Positions 8,962 through 17,353 of a DNA stretch of 64,000 nt are shown here, piece by piece. This DNA comes from Cyanobacteria bacterium auto_48_18. Its GTDB lineage: Bacteria; Cyanobacteriota; Vampirovibrionia; Obscuribacterales; Obscuribacteraceae. The translations under genes and the position numbers were made by a program. The stretch covers positions 1 through 64,000 of the forward strand of contig JAVHQC010000035.1 of NCBI GenBank assembly GCA_036170915.1. Direction: 5' to 3'. The number at the start of each line of letters is the position of its first letter. The stretch's first letter is position 1. The notes beneath the pieces were generated by a model that saw only the letters and a program-made list of their open reading frames with translations, was not told where the DNA came from and did not search any database.

Positions 8962-10509
8962 TTACTGAACCAGTTGCACAAAGTGTAAAACGCGTCGATT
9001 CTGAATAACGTCTACGCGGTAATTGCGGCAAACTTCCATGCCGGCCAAGATTGGCCTTTCAGAAGTGCTGAAGGTGCCATTCAAACGGGTGACTGAGTCA
9101 ATCACCTTAGCCGTTGTATTGATGGCATCAATTTTGCCAAATCTAATGCGCTTAATTTTGACCTGATGGGTAACTAAACGGCTCAAGTTGTTAGGATTGT
9201 TCGGTTCAATCATCTCGGTGGCCCCAGCTGTTTCAGGCAGATTGTCTACATAACTAGGGTCAATTCGGCGCAACTGCTCACTTGAAAAAACGTGCTCGGC
9301 GACATTAGCGACAAAATACATTTCTACATTTTGACCATCAACTAAAACCGAAACTTTAAAGTTGCCGTTCTCGGCGGTATAAGGTACTTCAAACTCGTTG
9401 TTCTGTTTTTTCAGAGCTGGACCGAGCAACTGATTACTTTTAGTTGCTGCTGCCACCCGTGTTTTCTGGGCGAAGCCGGGATCGATGTTCATCAGTGCCG
9501 CAGTGGCGTAGGTCTCGGCTTCAGATCCGTTGAAGCGCTGCAAGACTTGCCGATAATATCCGCGCGCTTCGTCAATTTTATTGAGGCGATGAGCGCACAC
9601 AGCAAGAGTATAAAGTGCACGTGGGTCCCGTGGACGATCCACCGAAGCTTTCCGTAAAAGTGGATATGCTTCTCTATAGCGTTTTTTGTTGAAATAGTTT
9701 AGACCAGCTTCAAACGGATTACTGAAACCAGCAGCTCGCTTAACAGTCAACACACCGGTTTTTGGATCGAAAGCTTGATTGGTGGAAGCGAAAAAATCAG
9801 CGCCTAAAATTGCCACTTTAGGATCTTTATTTGAGACCTTGACCGGGAAACTGACGCGAGACATTGTGCCCAACTTAATTTCGTGAAGAAAATAAAAACT
9901 GTCTTTATCGCTCTTGGCCAGTGCAGCACCATCAGGCAGTTTGCTTTCTTTTGCAACATCGGCACCAATTACGGTATCAGGCACACTGGCGTCTACTACA
10001 AATTTGACTTTAGCTCCCGAAACCAGTGCCTCTACAACAGGCTTGCCGTTAGCTTCGGCGGGCTTAATGGTAGAGATTGTGGCAACAAGAGGAATCTGAT
10101 CCATGCGCAAATTGGAAAGGCTGCTGACGCCACTGCCAGATTTCGCTGTCGAGTAACTCTTGCCCATAGAAGCCACCGCTTTCTTGGATTGCTCAGCGGC
10201 GTCTGACTCAGGAAACTTATTAATTACATTGGTATAGGCAGCCAGAGCCCCTTGCAATTGGCCCATCTGGTGATAGCAGAGAGCTTCATAATAATAAGAA
10301 CGACTGTCGTAGCTCGATTCGCTCTGGGCAGCTTTGAAATATCGCAAAGCATCTTTATACATTTTCGATTTAAAAAGATTGCGTCCGCATTCAAAAGTTG
10401 AATCGTCTGCAAACGCGCCCGTACAGCTAAGCACACCTGAGGCAGTAAGAGCCAATATTAGAGCCAAACTTCTTAAGCCTATCTTCTTTCCATTTATCAT
10501 ATTGGCCAA
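8962..10509 (-). CDS. Secreted protein with two tandem TPR + retropepsin-like modules (degenerate catalytic motifs)
   Basis: Signal peptide (AFA-DD). Two TPR blocks, each followed by a beta-rich domain ending in ILG (AILGADFF, PILAGMEV). First domain has FVVDASV instead of DTGA. Confidence 0.65.
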   Translation of the reverse strand: MANMINGKKIGLRSLALILALTASGVLSCTGAFADDSTFECGRNLFKSKMYKDALRYFKAAQSESSYDSRSYYYEALCYHQMGQLQGALAAYTNVINKFPESDAAEQSKKAVASMGKSYSTAKSGSGVSSLSNLRMDQIPLVATISTIKPAEANGKPVVEALVSGAKVKFVVDASVPDTVIGADVAKESKLPDGAALAKSDKDSFYFLHEIKLGTMSRVSFPVKVSNKDPKVAILGADFFASTNQAFDPKTGVLTVKRAAGFSNPFEAGLNYFNKKRYREAYPLLRKASVDRPRDPRALYTLAVCAHRLNKIDEARGYYRQVLQRFNGSEAETYATAALMNIDPGFAQKTRVAAATKSNQLLGPALKKQNNEFEVPYTAENGNFKVSVLVDGQNVEMYFVANVAEHVFSSEQLRRIDPSYVDNLPETAGATEMIEPNNPNNLSRLVTHQVKIKRIRFGKIDAINTTAKVIDSVTRLNGTFSTSERPILAGMEVCRNYRVDVIQNRRVLHFVQLVQ

Positions 10510-10565
10510 ATTATCCGTAGTGCTAGGTTAGTTGTTTCAATCGAAGAAAAAATGTGAGTTAACAG

Positions 10566-11012
10566 TTAACGCATGGTGCCCCATTGCCGATAAAAGTGGT
10601 CATCAGTGCGCGGGTTATAAATAAGCCACTCATTAGTTACAGTAGCCGTTTCATTGAGAGTGCGCTTGCGGAACTTTAAACGGTTGATTTCTTGCAAACC
10701 AGGATGTTTTGGATATCTGCGTTCAAACCAATCTCTCGCTTCGCCTACCCATGTGGTTTTCCACTGTGATTCATGCAAGGGCTTCGCTTCGTGGGGATAC
10801 TTAAAATGCAAATACGCTTCATATTGTGAGCCATCTTCGCGCTTTCCATCGAAATCGGTAGCTCTATTAAATGGCTCATCAAAAGCCGACTCGAAAAGCT
10901 TGTCTGGATAGAACTTCATTTTGCCTTCAATCACATTTTTGGTGTAGAAGCCCATGCCTGCCACTGCAAGAATAATGAGTCCAATAACCAGTATTAGCTG
11001 TTTTGATGACAC
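10566..11012 (-). CDS. Hypothetical membrane-anchored protein
   Basis: GTG start with AGGAG upstream, N-terminal TM helix, co-oriented with neighbours. Confidence 0.6.
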   Translation of the reverse strand: MSSKQLILVIGLIILAVAGMGFYTKNVIEGKMKFYPDKLFESAFDEPFNRATDFDGKREDGSQYEAYLHFKYPHEAKPLHESQWKTTWVGEARDWFERRYPKHPGLQEINRLKFRKRTLNETATVTNEWLIYNPRTDDHFYRQWGTMR

Positions 11013-11175
11013 CAGAAAGCTCCTAAATTCGCCTGACCATAACTATCCAGACAATAAACACTGCAATGGCGCGCCACTGCACCAGGCCGCAATAACACAG
11101 TTTACCAGCTATTGATTAAGTCGTTATTGATTAAGCGGTTTTCGATTAGCACCGATGCTAAAGCCTGCTGAACGC

Positions 11176-12330
11176 TTAAGCCAGCAATATTTCCCGACAT
11201 TTTTGATCCCGCAGGCGCCAGATGGCCCCATCGGTAACAAAGTGGTGGAAGTTAACGCAGGCTTGAATAATGGTAGCCACATAGACAAAACCAAAGCCGT
11301 AGTTTTGCAATATGTTGGGAATGCCCACATAGACGAAGATACCAGCCATAATCACTATGGCCCAGTATTTCAATGCTGTGCCGCTCGTGAATTCTTTCAT
11401 GAGATTACGGCCAACATCAGACATCCGTCCTTCTTCCATACCTTTCTCTTTCAGATAGAATCCAAGAGAAACTGCCAGGTATTGACTACCATGGAAAAAT
11501 GGCGGTCCGTAGACCCAGACGATGGAATTGGCAGCACCAGTAGAGAGGCCGATGCCGAGAATGGTGCAAATCAAGCACAGCGTAGGCAATGGAATTAGCT
11601 TTTTCTCTAAAATATACTTTCGTACCACCACAGTGACGAATGCCAGAGTCATAACGATCAAAGCAATCTTGCAACAACTGAAGAGCTGGTAGGGCAGACC
11701 ATAAAACGGCAACTTAACACCGTAGAGATCGTCAGGCGAAAGTTCTCTAAAACAAAGAATGCGGCTGATGACAAAGGCCGAGAAAGAATGCATAAACCAG
11801 CGGTAAGTTTCACGCTCCCATGGTTTAAAGAAATAGCCGCGCTTGTAGCAATAAATTAGTGAGATACCAAAAGTCTGTCCGACATAATGCTGGAACACCC
11901 ACATCAAATGCAGGTAGACACAAAAACCAGCTGCTTTGGGATAAAGCAGGCAGAGACCAAAGAGAAGCACAGAGCACCATGGCAAATAATAAGCGTAGAG
12001 CTTAAAGCGTTCGCGGTTTTCAGGCGTAGCATAGATGCGCATATAGGTTGCGATGGTGTGCGAGTCGGCAAACAAATATGAACCGAAGGTGCTCATAAAA
12101 AGCAGCACCCAGGCTGTGGTGCCTGCAGCTCCCGGCAAAGCGGGATCTATGGTATCCCAGTGAAACCAGAATATTTGCAGAGCAAAAATAGCCCAGAGTG
12201 CCCCACCAAAGACAAACAAGCTGTCGAAGACCGGATTGACTATCCAGCGGTTACCCAAAACTTTCTCTTGAGCTTTTGCCGGAGCCGGTGATGCGGTATC
12301 TCCGTCACGTGTGAAAGTGGTGCTAACCAT
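11176..12330 (-). CDS. Polytopic membrane protein with conserved His motifs, paralogue 2
   Basis: DSHTIATY, QHYVGQTFG.SLIYCYKRGY, FHGSQYL, NFHHFVTDGAIWRLRD. Confidence 0.75.
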   Translation of the reverse strand: MVSTTFTRDGDTASPAPAKAQEKVLGNRWIVNPVFDSLFVFGGALWAIFALQIFWFHWDTIDPALPGAAGTTAWVLLFMSTFGSYLFADSHTIATYMRIYATPENRERFKLYAYYLPWCSVLLFGLCLLYPKAAGFCVYLHLMWVFQHYVGQTFGISLIYCYKRGYFFKPWERETYRWFMHSFSAFVISRILCFRELSPDDLYGVKLPFYGLPYQLFSCCKIALIVMTLAFVTVVVRKYILEKKLIPLPTLCLICTILGIGLSTGAANSIVWVYGPPFFHGSQYLAVSLGFYLKEKGMEEGRMSDVGRNLMKEFTSGTALKYWAIVIMAGIFVYVGIPNILQNYGFGFVYVATIIQACVNFHHFVTDGAIWRLRDQKCREILLA

Positions 12331-12343
12331 TTAAGAAGGCCCC

Positions 12344-13522
12344 CTAAGCGAGAAGTATCTTGCGGCAGCGCGGATCGCGCAGTCGCCAGATGGCAGCGTC
12401 GGTGACGAAGTGGTGGTAGTTAACGCATGCAAGCACAAGACCTGCCACCAGTGGATACGAGAAGCCGATTTGACCGAAGAAATGCGGAATGCCGACATAG
12501 AAGAAACAACCTGAAAGGATAACTAAGCCAAGATATTTCAAACCTGGTGAACCCAGGGCAGCTTTAGTGATCTCCCAGGTGTTCATGCCTTTAGGCATGC
12601 CGCGCTCTTTGATGTAATAAGCCATACACACAGCCAGATATTGACTGCCGTGGAAAAATCCAGGTACATAGAACCAGAACATGGAATTAGCAACATCACG
12701 GCTCAGGCCAAGACCAGCCACTGTACCCACGATCATCAAAGCAGGTATGGGCATGAATTTGTTTTCTTTGAAGAACTTACGGGTCAACATCACCACAAAG
12801 GCAATGGTCATGCCAATCATGAGGAAGCGACCGATATCAGTAAGCACTGGAGGCAGTGGCCCCCAGAACGGCATATCAACACCGAACCAGTTGCGTGGGC
12901 TAAATTCTCTGAAGCTGACAAATCGAATAGTGGTGTAGCCCACCATGGAGAACATAAACCAGCGGAATATTTCTTTCTCCATATTGTTAAAGATATAGCC
13001 GCGCTTATAACAATAAATAAGAGCGATGCCGAAAGACTGTGCAACATAATGCCAGTAAACAGTGACCAGATAAATGTAGACAAAAGTACCAGTCATGCCA
13101 GGCAAGGTCAGTCCAACAATGAACATTGGAATAGTTGAGTAGGCGAGCCATGTGCGGTGAAACTTAAATCGAGCGCGATCTTCATCGCTACCCCAAATTC
13201 TCAAATAAGTTGCCGAATTATGTGAGTCAGCAAAAATATGTTGAGAAAGGAAACCAACCGTCATCAGCCACCAAGCGGCCGGATTAGTAGCAAGCCCGTC
13301 TGGCACTCGCCATCCTAAATATAGATAGTTCAATATCAACAGGGCAACAGCGCCGCCACCGAAAACAAACATAAAATCAAAAATCGGCGAAATAATCCAC
13401 GGATATGGCCCAGCCGGATTTGACGCCAGGGGCGTCTCGGTTTTTGCCATGGGATCTTGAAGCGAGGGCTCAAGAGCACTGGAGGAGGGAAGCCCTGAAC
13501 TGGGAATGCTGCTGCTGACCAT
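12344..13522 (-). CDS. Polytopic membrane protein with conserved His motifs, paralogue 3
   Basis: DSHNSATY, WHYVAQSFG.ALIYCYKRGY, FHGSQYL, NYHHFVTDAAIWRLRD. GAGG RBS upstream. Confidence 0.75.
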   Translation of the reverse strand: MVSSSIPSSGLPSSSALEPSLQDPMAKTETPLASNPAGPYPWIISPIFDFMFVFGGGAVALLILNYLYLGWRVPDGLATNPAAWWLMTVGFLSQHIFADSHNSATYLRIWGSDEDRARFKFHRTWLAYSTIPMFIVGLTLPGMTGTFVYIYLVTVYWHYVAQSFGIALIYCYKRGYIFNNMEKEIFRWFMFSMVGYTTIRFVSFREFSPRNWFGVDMPFWGPLPPVLTDIGRFLMIGMTIAFVVMLTRKFFKENKFMPIPALMIVGTVAGLGLSRDVANSMFWFYVPGFFHGSQYLAVCMAYYIKERGMPKGMNTWEITKAALGSPGLKYLGLVILSGCFFYVGIPHFFGQIGFSYPLVAGLVLACVNYHHFVTDAAIWRLRDPRCRKILLA

Positions 13523-13697
13523 CCATACCTCTACTTGTTAGTTGCACCGGACCAATATCTATTGATTTTATCGGTGATTCGATCTCTCTGACTGAGTGGA
13601 AAAATTTAGCTGAAATCGCAACTAAATCCTTTCTCTATTCTACCCTCACAAAGCCGAGTCTAACAATCATTTTGCCCTTTGACACTACCCCATAAAT

Positions 13698-13741
13698 ACT
13701 TCACGCAGATTTCACATCCACTGCACGAACACTTCACGTTC
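13698..13741. promoter_or_regulatory. Four imperfect 11-bp direct repeats (candidate regulator boxes)
   Basis: ACTTCACGCAG ATTTCACATCC ACTGCACGAAC ACTTCACGTTC, intergenic, upstream of the minus-strand gene starting at 13522. Confidence 0.35.
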
Positions 13742-13744
13742 AAT

Positions 13745-13780
13745 ACAGCAAATGAGACAGCACATGAGACAGCAAATGAG
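13745..13780. repeat. 12-bp tandem repeat x3
   Basis: ACAGCAAATGAG ACAGCACATGAG ACAGCAAATGAG. Confidence 0.8.
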
Positions 13781-13787
13781 AACGGCA

Positions 13788-14786
13788 CTATTCCGCCAGG
13801 TAATAGCTGGCAGTGCGTTTGATGGTTGCGGCAAAAGGGGTGGGAGTGAAATTCAACTCGGCCTGCGCTTTTTTACAATCAAAAAAAATCTTGTAGTTAG
13901 ACAGATAGGCTACTTGCCAGGTCAGCGCACTTTTAATATTCAGCTTTGGTAGTACGCGCTCAGCCACAGTTCCGGCGAACTCCACTAGAAAGCGCGGCAA
14001 AACCACCACCGGCGGCCGGCAAGAATAAATCTTGGCGAAAAGCTGACCGGCTTCTTTATAAGTAAGATTAGCCGACACCAGGCTATAACGTTCACCAGCT
14101 CGGCCCAGGGTAATGGCTTTAACATGGGCATCAATGATGTCGACAATATCAGAATAAGGTGTGCCACCAGCCGGCACACCAAGCATAAAGCCTTTGGAGA
14201 GAGATTTAAAAATTACATGATGGTGAGGGTGCGTGTCACCCTCACCAAATATGATACCAGGACATAACATCAGCACATTCAAACCAGCAGCAAAATACTC
14301 TGCCACCACTTCTTCAGCCTCATGCTTAGTGTCGCAATAAGAAAGACCCAGGCCGTCCAGATTGTACTTGAAGGTTTCATCACCAGTGGTGCCCTCAGGT
14401 GGAATACCAAAGGCGGCGATAGAACTGGTATGGATCACTCTGCTGACATTTTTCAGCAGGCAAGCGCGCATGACGTTGCGCGTGCCGTCTACATTTACAG
14501 CCCTCTGGCGCGGCAGATCGGCTGAGCGATATGACACCAGGCCAGCCATGTGAAAGACAATATCTTTGTCAGTGCACGCCTGCAAGACTTGTTCAAAGTT
14601 AGTGACGTCACCACTATAGTGCTGTACGCCGAGCTCGTTAAACTGTTTTGATTGGCCGCTGGCTCGGCCAAGAGTAGTGACAGTATGCCCTTCTTGCACA
14701 AGGCGTGGTACCAGATGCGAACCGATGAAGCCACTGGCACCGGTGACTAAAATTCGTTTGCCTACCGACTGCTCACTGGCTGTCAC
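13788..14786 (-). CDS. Extended SDR, NAD-dependent epimerase/dehydratase (dihydroflavonol reductase/HpnA-like)
   Basis: TGASGFIG Rossmann motif, HTSS, YCDTK catalytic motif, GRAGERY. Confidence 0.85.
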   Translation of the reverse strand: MTASEQSVGKRILVTGASGFIGSHLVPRLVQEGHTVTTLGRASGQSKQFNELGVQHYSGDVTNFEQVLQACTDKDIVFHMAGLVSYRSADLPRQRAVNVDGTRNVMRACLLKNVSRVIHTSSIAAFGIPPEGTTGDETFKYNLDGLGLSYCDTKHEAEEVVAEYFAAGLNVLMLCPGIIFGEGDTHPHHHVIFKSLSKGFMLGVPAGGTPYSDIVDIIDAHVKAITLGRAGERYSLVSANLTYKEAGQLFAKIYSCRPPVVVLPRFLVEFAGTVAERVLPKLNIKSALTWQVAYLSNYKIFFDCKKAQAELNFTPTPFAATIKRTASYYLAE

Positions 14787-15790
14787 TAGTCTCCATCCCA
14801 GTTTCGATAAGTAGAAAGCGCTTGGCCCAACTCTGTCGGTGGGCGGCCGATGATCTCGGCTAATTTATTGTCATGACAAATATTATCAAAACCAGCCATC
14901 AGAGCCTGGTCTTTACTAACGAGAGGCACGTTCTGAAAGCGCTGCATCACTCCTGCCGCGGCCAGAGCCACAGGCACAGGAATGTCAAAAAATGATTTCT
15001 TAATACCCAGCACGCTCAAAATTTCGCTCACCACCTGACGCATGGAAATCGGCGCCAGACCACCAATTTCGCAAATATCGCTCACGCCTGCGGCCGATAT
15101 CTTTGTGACAATGGCCTCAGCCAGATCGGCAACAAACACTGGTTGCACAAGATTTTTGCCACCGTTAATCAGCGGCACTAGCGGACGCGTTCTAGCCAGA
15201 TGCCGGTAACGTTTGACTAATTTACTGTCGCGCCGGCCCACCGTACGGCCAACAATTAGAGAAGGCCTAAAGATAGTAGAAGTAATTTGGGCACCATCAA
15301 GTTCGGCCAGCAATGCCAACTCTGCTTCTCTTTTACTGCGCAAATATTCACTGGGCGAATCTAAATCAGCACCAAGCGAAGTGATCATTGCCGCATGAGC
15401 AAAACCTCCCACGTCCTTGGCTCGTACACACCAGCTGGCAAAGGCTCGACTTTGCTCCTGATGCAGCTGAGCAAATTTTTCGTTCTTTCCTGGTGCCACA
15501 GAGCCAATCAAATGAACAGCAGCTGTAATGCCGGCAAAGGCGTCTTCTAATTTGCGCTTCTGACCAGCAGGCGTGTTTTGAAAATTAGTCAGATCCGCTT
15601 GAAATATTTGCGCACCACATTGCTCAAGAAAAGCAATATCAGCAGGCGTGGCCTGGGGCCTGACCAGTGCGTGCACTTTTGCACCCTGTTGTGATAGAGC
15701 GGCTACAACGTGATTACCAAGATAACCAGTTGCACCATCTACCAGAACAATTTGATTGTCGCTCAATTTACTTATTGCCGTTTCCACCAC
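14786..15790 (-). CDS. Atypical SDR, NAD(P)H-binding (NDUFA9-like) protein
   Basis: GATGYLG, SEYLRSK..AE, RPSLIVG, VQPVFVADLA. Confidence 0.8.
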   Translation of the reverse strand: MVETAISKLSDNQIVLVDGATGYLGNHVVAALSQQGAKVHALVRPQATPADIAFLEQCGAQIFQADLTNFQNTPAGQKRKLEDAFAGITAAVHLIGSVAPGKNEKFAQLHQEQSRAFASWCVRAKDVGGFAHAAMITSLGADLDSPSEYLRSKREAELALLAELDGAQITSTIFRPSLIVGRTVGRRDSKLVKRYRHLARTRPLVPLINGGKNLVQPVFVADLAEAIVTKISAAGVSDICEIGGLAPISMRQVVSEILSVLGIKKSFFDIPVPVALAAAGVMQRFQNVPLVSKDQALMAGFDNICHDNKLAEIIGRPPTELGQALSTYRNWDGD

Positions 15791-16305
15791 ACCAGTGAAT
15801 GGCTGGTGAATGGTGATGAGGCGGTTTTATCGTTGCCGTGGCCATTGCCGTGGCCCTTCGCATGGCCATTATGGCCACCGTGAGGGCGCGTACCTGTACC
15901 TTTGGCAAGAGTGTTTTTATCTGAGCCAGCACCAAATGCGCCACCATCAAATAGACTCCAGATCTTTGCTTGCAAACTACCGAGTTCGAAGCGACGGCTG
16001 ATGTTTTTGATCAAGGTGACTTCGCCCACTTCATTGCCCTGGCTGCGATGGCCTAGATACTGAAAAAGATAGCCGAAAAATACCAAAACCACACCAAGCG
16101 CCAGGTTAGAGTTTCCACTTTCACTGTCGTGCTTTGCTGATTTTGAAACCAGGCTGCTGCCTATTAGCCAGAAACCATAAAAAGCAGCAGGCACACCAAC
16201 AATATGCAAAGCGGCATTAACCGGATGCCGATGACGATGCATGTAGTCTACGGCAAATCTCGAGGCCACTTTGCCGATTCTCCGTACACCAGTTCTATTT
16301 TTCAT
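15772..16305 (-). CDS. Mpo1-like / DUF962 membrane protein
   Basis: Y..RHRHPVN..LHIVGVP and FQYLGH..QGN motifs, two TM helices, His/Gly-rich tail. Confidence 0.75.
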   Translation of the reverse strand: MKNRTGVRRIGKVASRFAVDYMHRHRHPVNAALHIVGVPAAFYGFWLIGSSLVSKSAKHDSESGNSNLALGVVLVFFGYLFQYLGHRSQGNEVGEVTLIKNISRRFELGSLQAKIWSLFDGGAFGAGSDKNTLAKGTGTRPHGGHNGHAKGHGNGHGNDKTASSPFTSHSLVWWKRQ

Positions 16306-16307
16306 CG

Positions 16308-17336
16308 CTATTTTTTCTCAGTAAAGCTTTTCATAGTCACGGCCATACCCTCTTTAAAGGGTAGGCGCTTACTAGAATTATAGTCCAGAATACGCTCGGC
16401 TTTAGCAATACTAAAGCCCTGATTAACGGCAGCCAGACGAAAGGCAGCCGGAGAGAAGCGGGCCAGCTTGGTCTGGCTGGCAGCAGGCAACATCGGTGTG
16501 ATGCCCGAAACCATCTGGCAGACAGGCTTAACCAGCCACCGCGGCAAATCTTTTTTTACTCTTGGCTGGCCCAAACCATCAGCAATGGCGTCGAAAAGTT
16601 CTTTTTTGCTCACCTTCTCGCCGTCGGTGATATTGAAAACCTGGTTAAAGGCCTGTTCATTTAAGATTGCGCCTTTGACAGCTGCAAGCAGATTGCCCAC
16701 ATAGACAACATTAGTTTCCCTGACGCCGCCGTCAATCAGCATGGCCTGACCTGTGGCGATGGCCTGGCTGACCCGTGGCAGCCAGGAGCGCTCATGAGGC
16801 CCATAGATAAAGCCGGGACGCAAAATCGTATAAGTAGTTTTTGCTGCCTTGACGAGTTTTTCGGCTTCGACTTTAGAGTCAGCGTAAGCTTCGCCGCAAA
16901 GCACAAGCGGCGCATTTTCATCTAGGTCAAACTGATCTCCCTGACCAGTAATAACTGATAAGGAGCTGATGTGGATAAACTGCTTGACACCGTTTTTTAC
17001 GGCCGCCGCAAGAGCATTTTCGGTGCCCCCGACATTGATGGCAAAAATGGTTTCGCGCTTGGCAAGAGGGTCCACAAAACCAGCAGCGTGAATGACAACG
17101 TCCACTCCGGAAAGCGCTTGATCGATGGCATTGGCATCAGTGACGTCCGCCAGCCTCGACACAATATCAGTGCAAGCCTGCGGAGCTGCCTGTGCCACCA
17201 ATTGATCAAGCAAATTTTTCTTTCGACCAATAGCCACAACTGCATATTCTAAGCATAAACCTTTTACCAGGGCCTGGCCAACCAGACCAGTGGCCCCCGT
17301 GATGGCCACAGTGACTTTACGATTTTCCATACTCAT
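16308..17336 (-). CDS. Extended SDR (3-beta-HSD/OleD-like)
   Basis: TGATGLVG, HAAG, HISS, YADSK, LRPGFIYGP, FNITDG. Confidence 0.85.
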   Translation of the reverse strand: MSMENRKVTVAITGATGLVGQALVKGLCLEYAVVAIGRKKNLLDQLVAQAAPQACTDIVSRLADVTDANAIDQALSGVDVVIHAAGFVDPLAKRETIFAINVGGTENALAAAVKNGVKQFIHISSLSVITGQGDQFDLDENAPLVLCGEAYADSKVEAEKLVKAAKTTYTILRPGFIYGPHERSWLPRVSQAIATGQAMLIDGGVRETNVVYVGNLLAAVKGAILNEQAFNQVFNITDGEKVSKKELFDAIADGLGQPRVKKDLPRWLVKPVCQMVSGITPMLPAASQTKLARFSPAAFRLAAVNQGFSIAKAERILDYNSSKRLPFKEGMAVTMKSFTEKK

Positions 17337-17353
17337 CTCATTAATAGGTAGTT

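Noticed and set aside
13698..13780. Repeats as a possible CRISPR array (also 19157..19210 and 63571..63635)
   Set aside because: Units are 11-18 bp, directly adjacent with no spacers, and no cas genes are present.
13788..17336. Hopanoid (hpnA) or olefin (oleD) pathway
   Set aside because: The SDRs resemble these families, but no squalene-hopene cyclase or oleA/oleC is present in the window.
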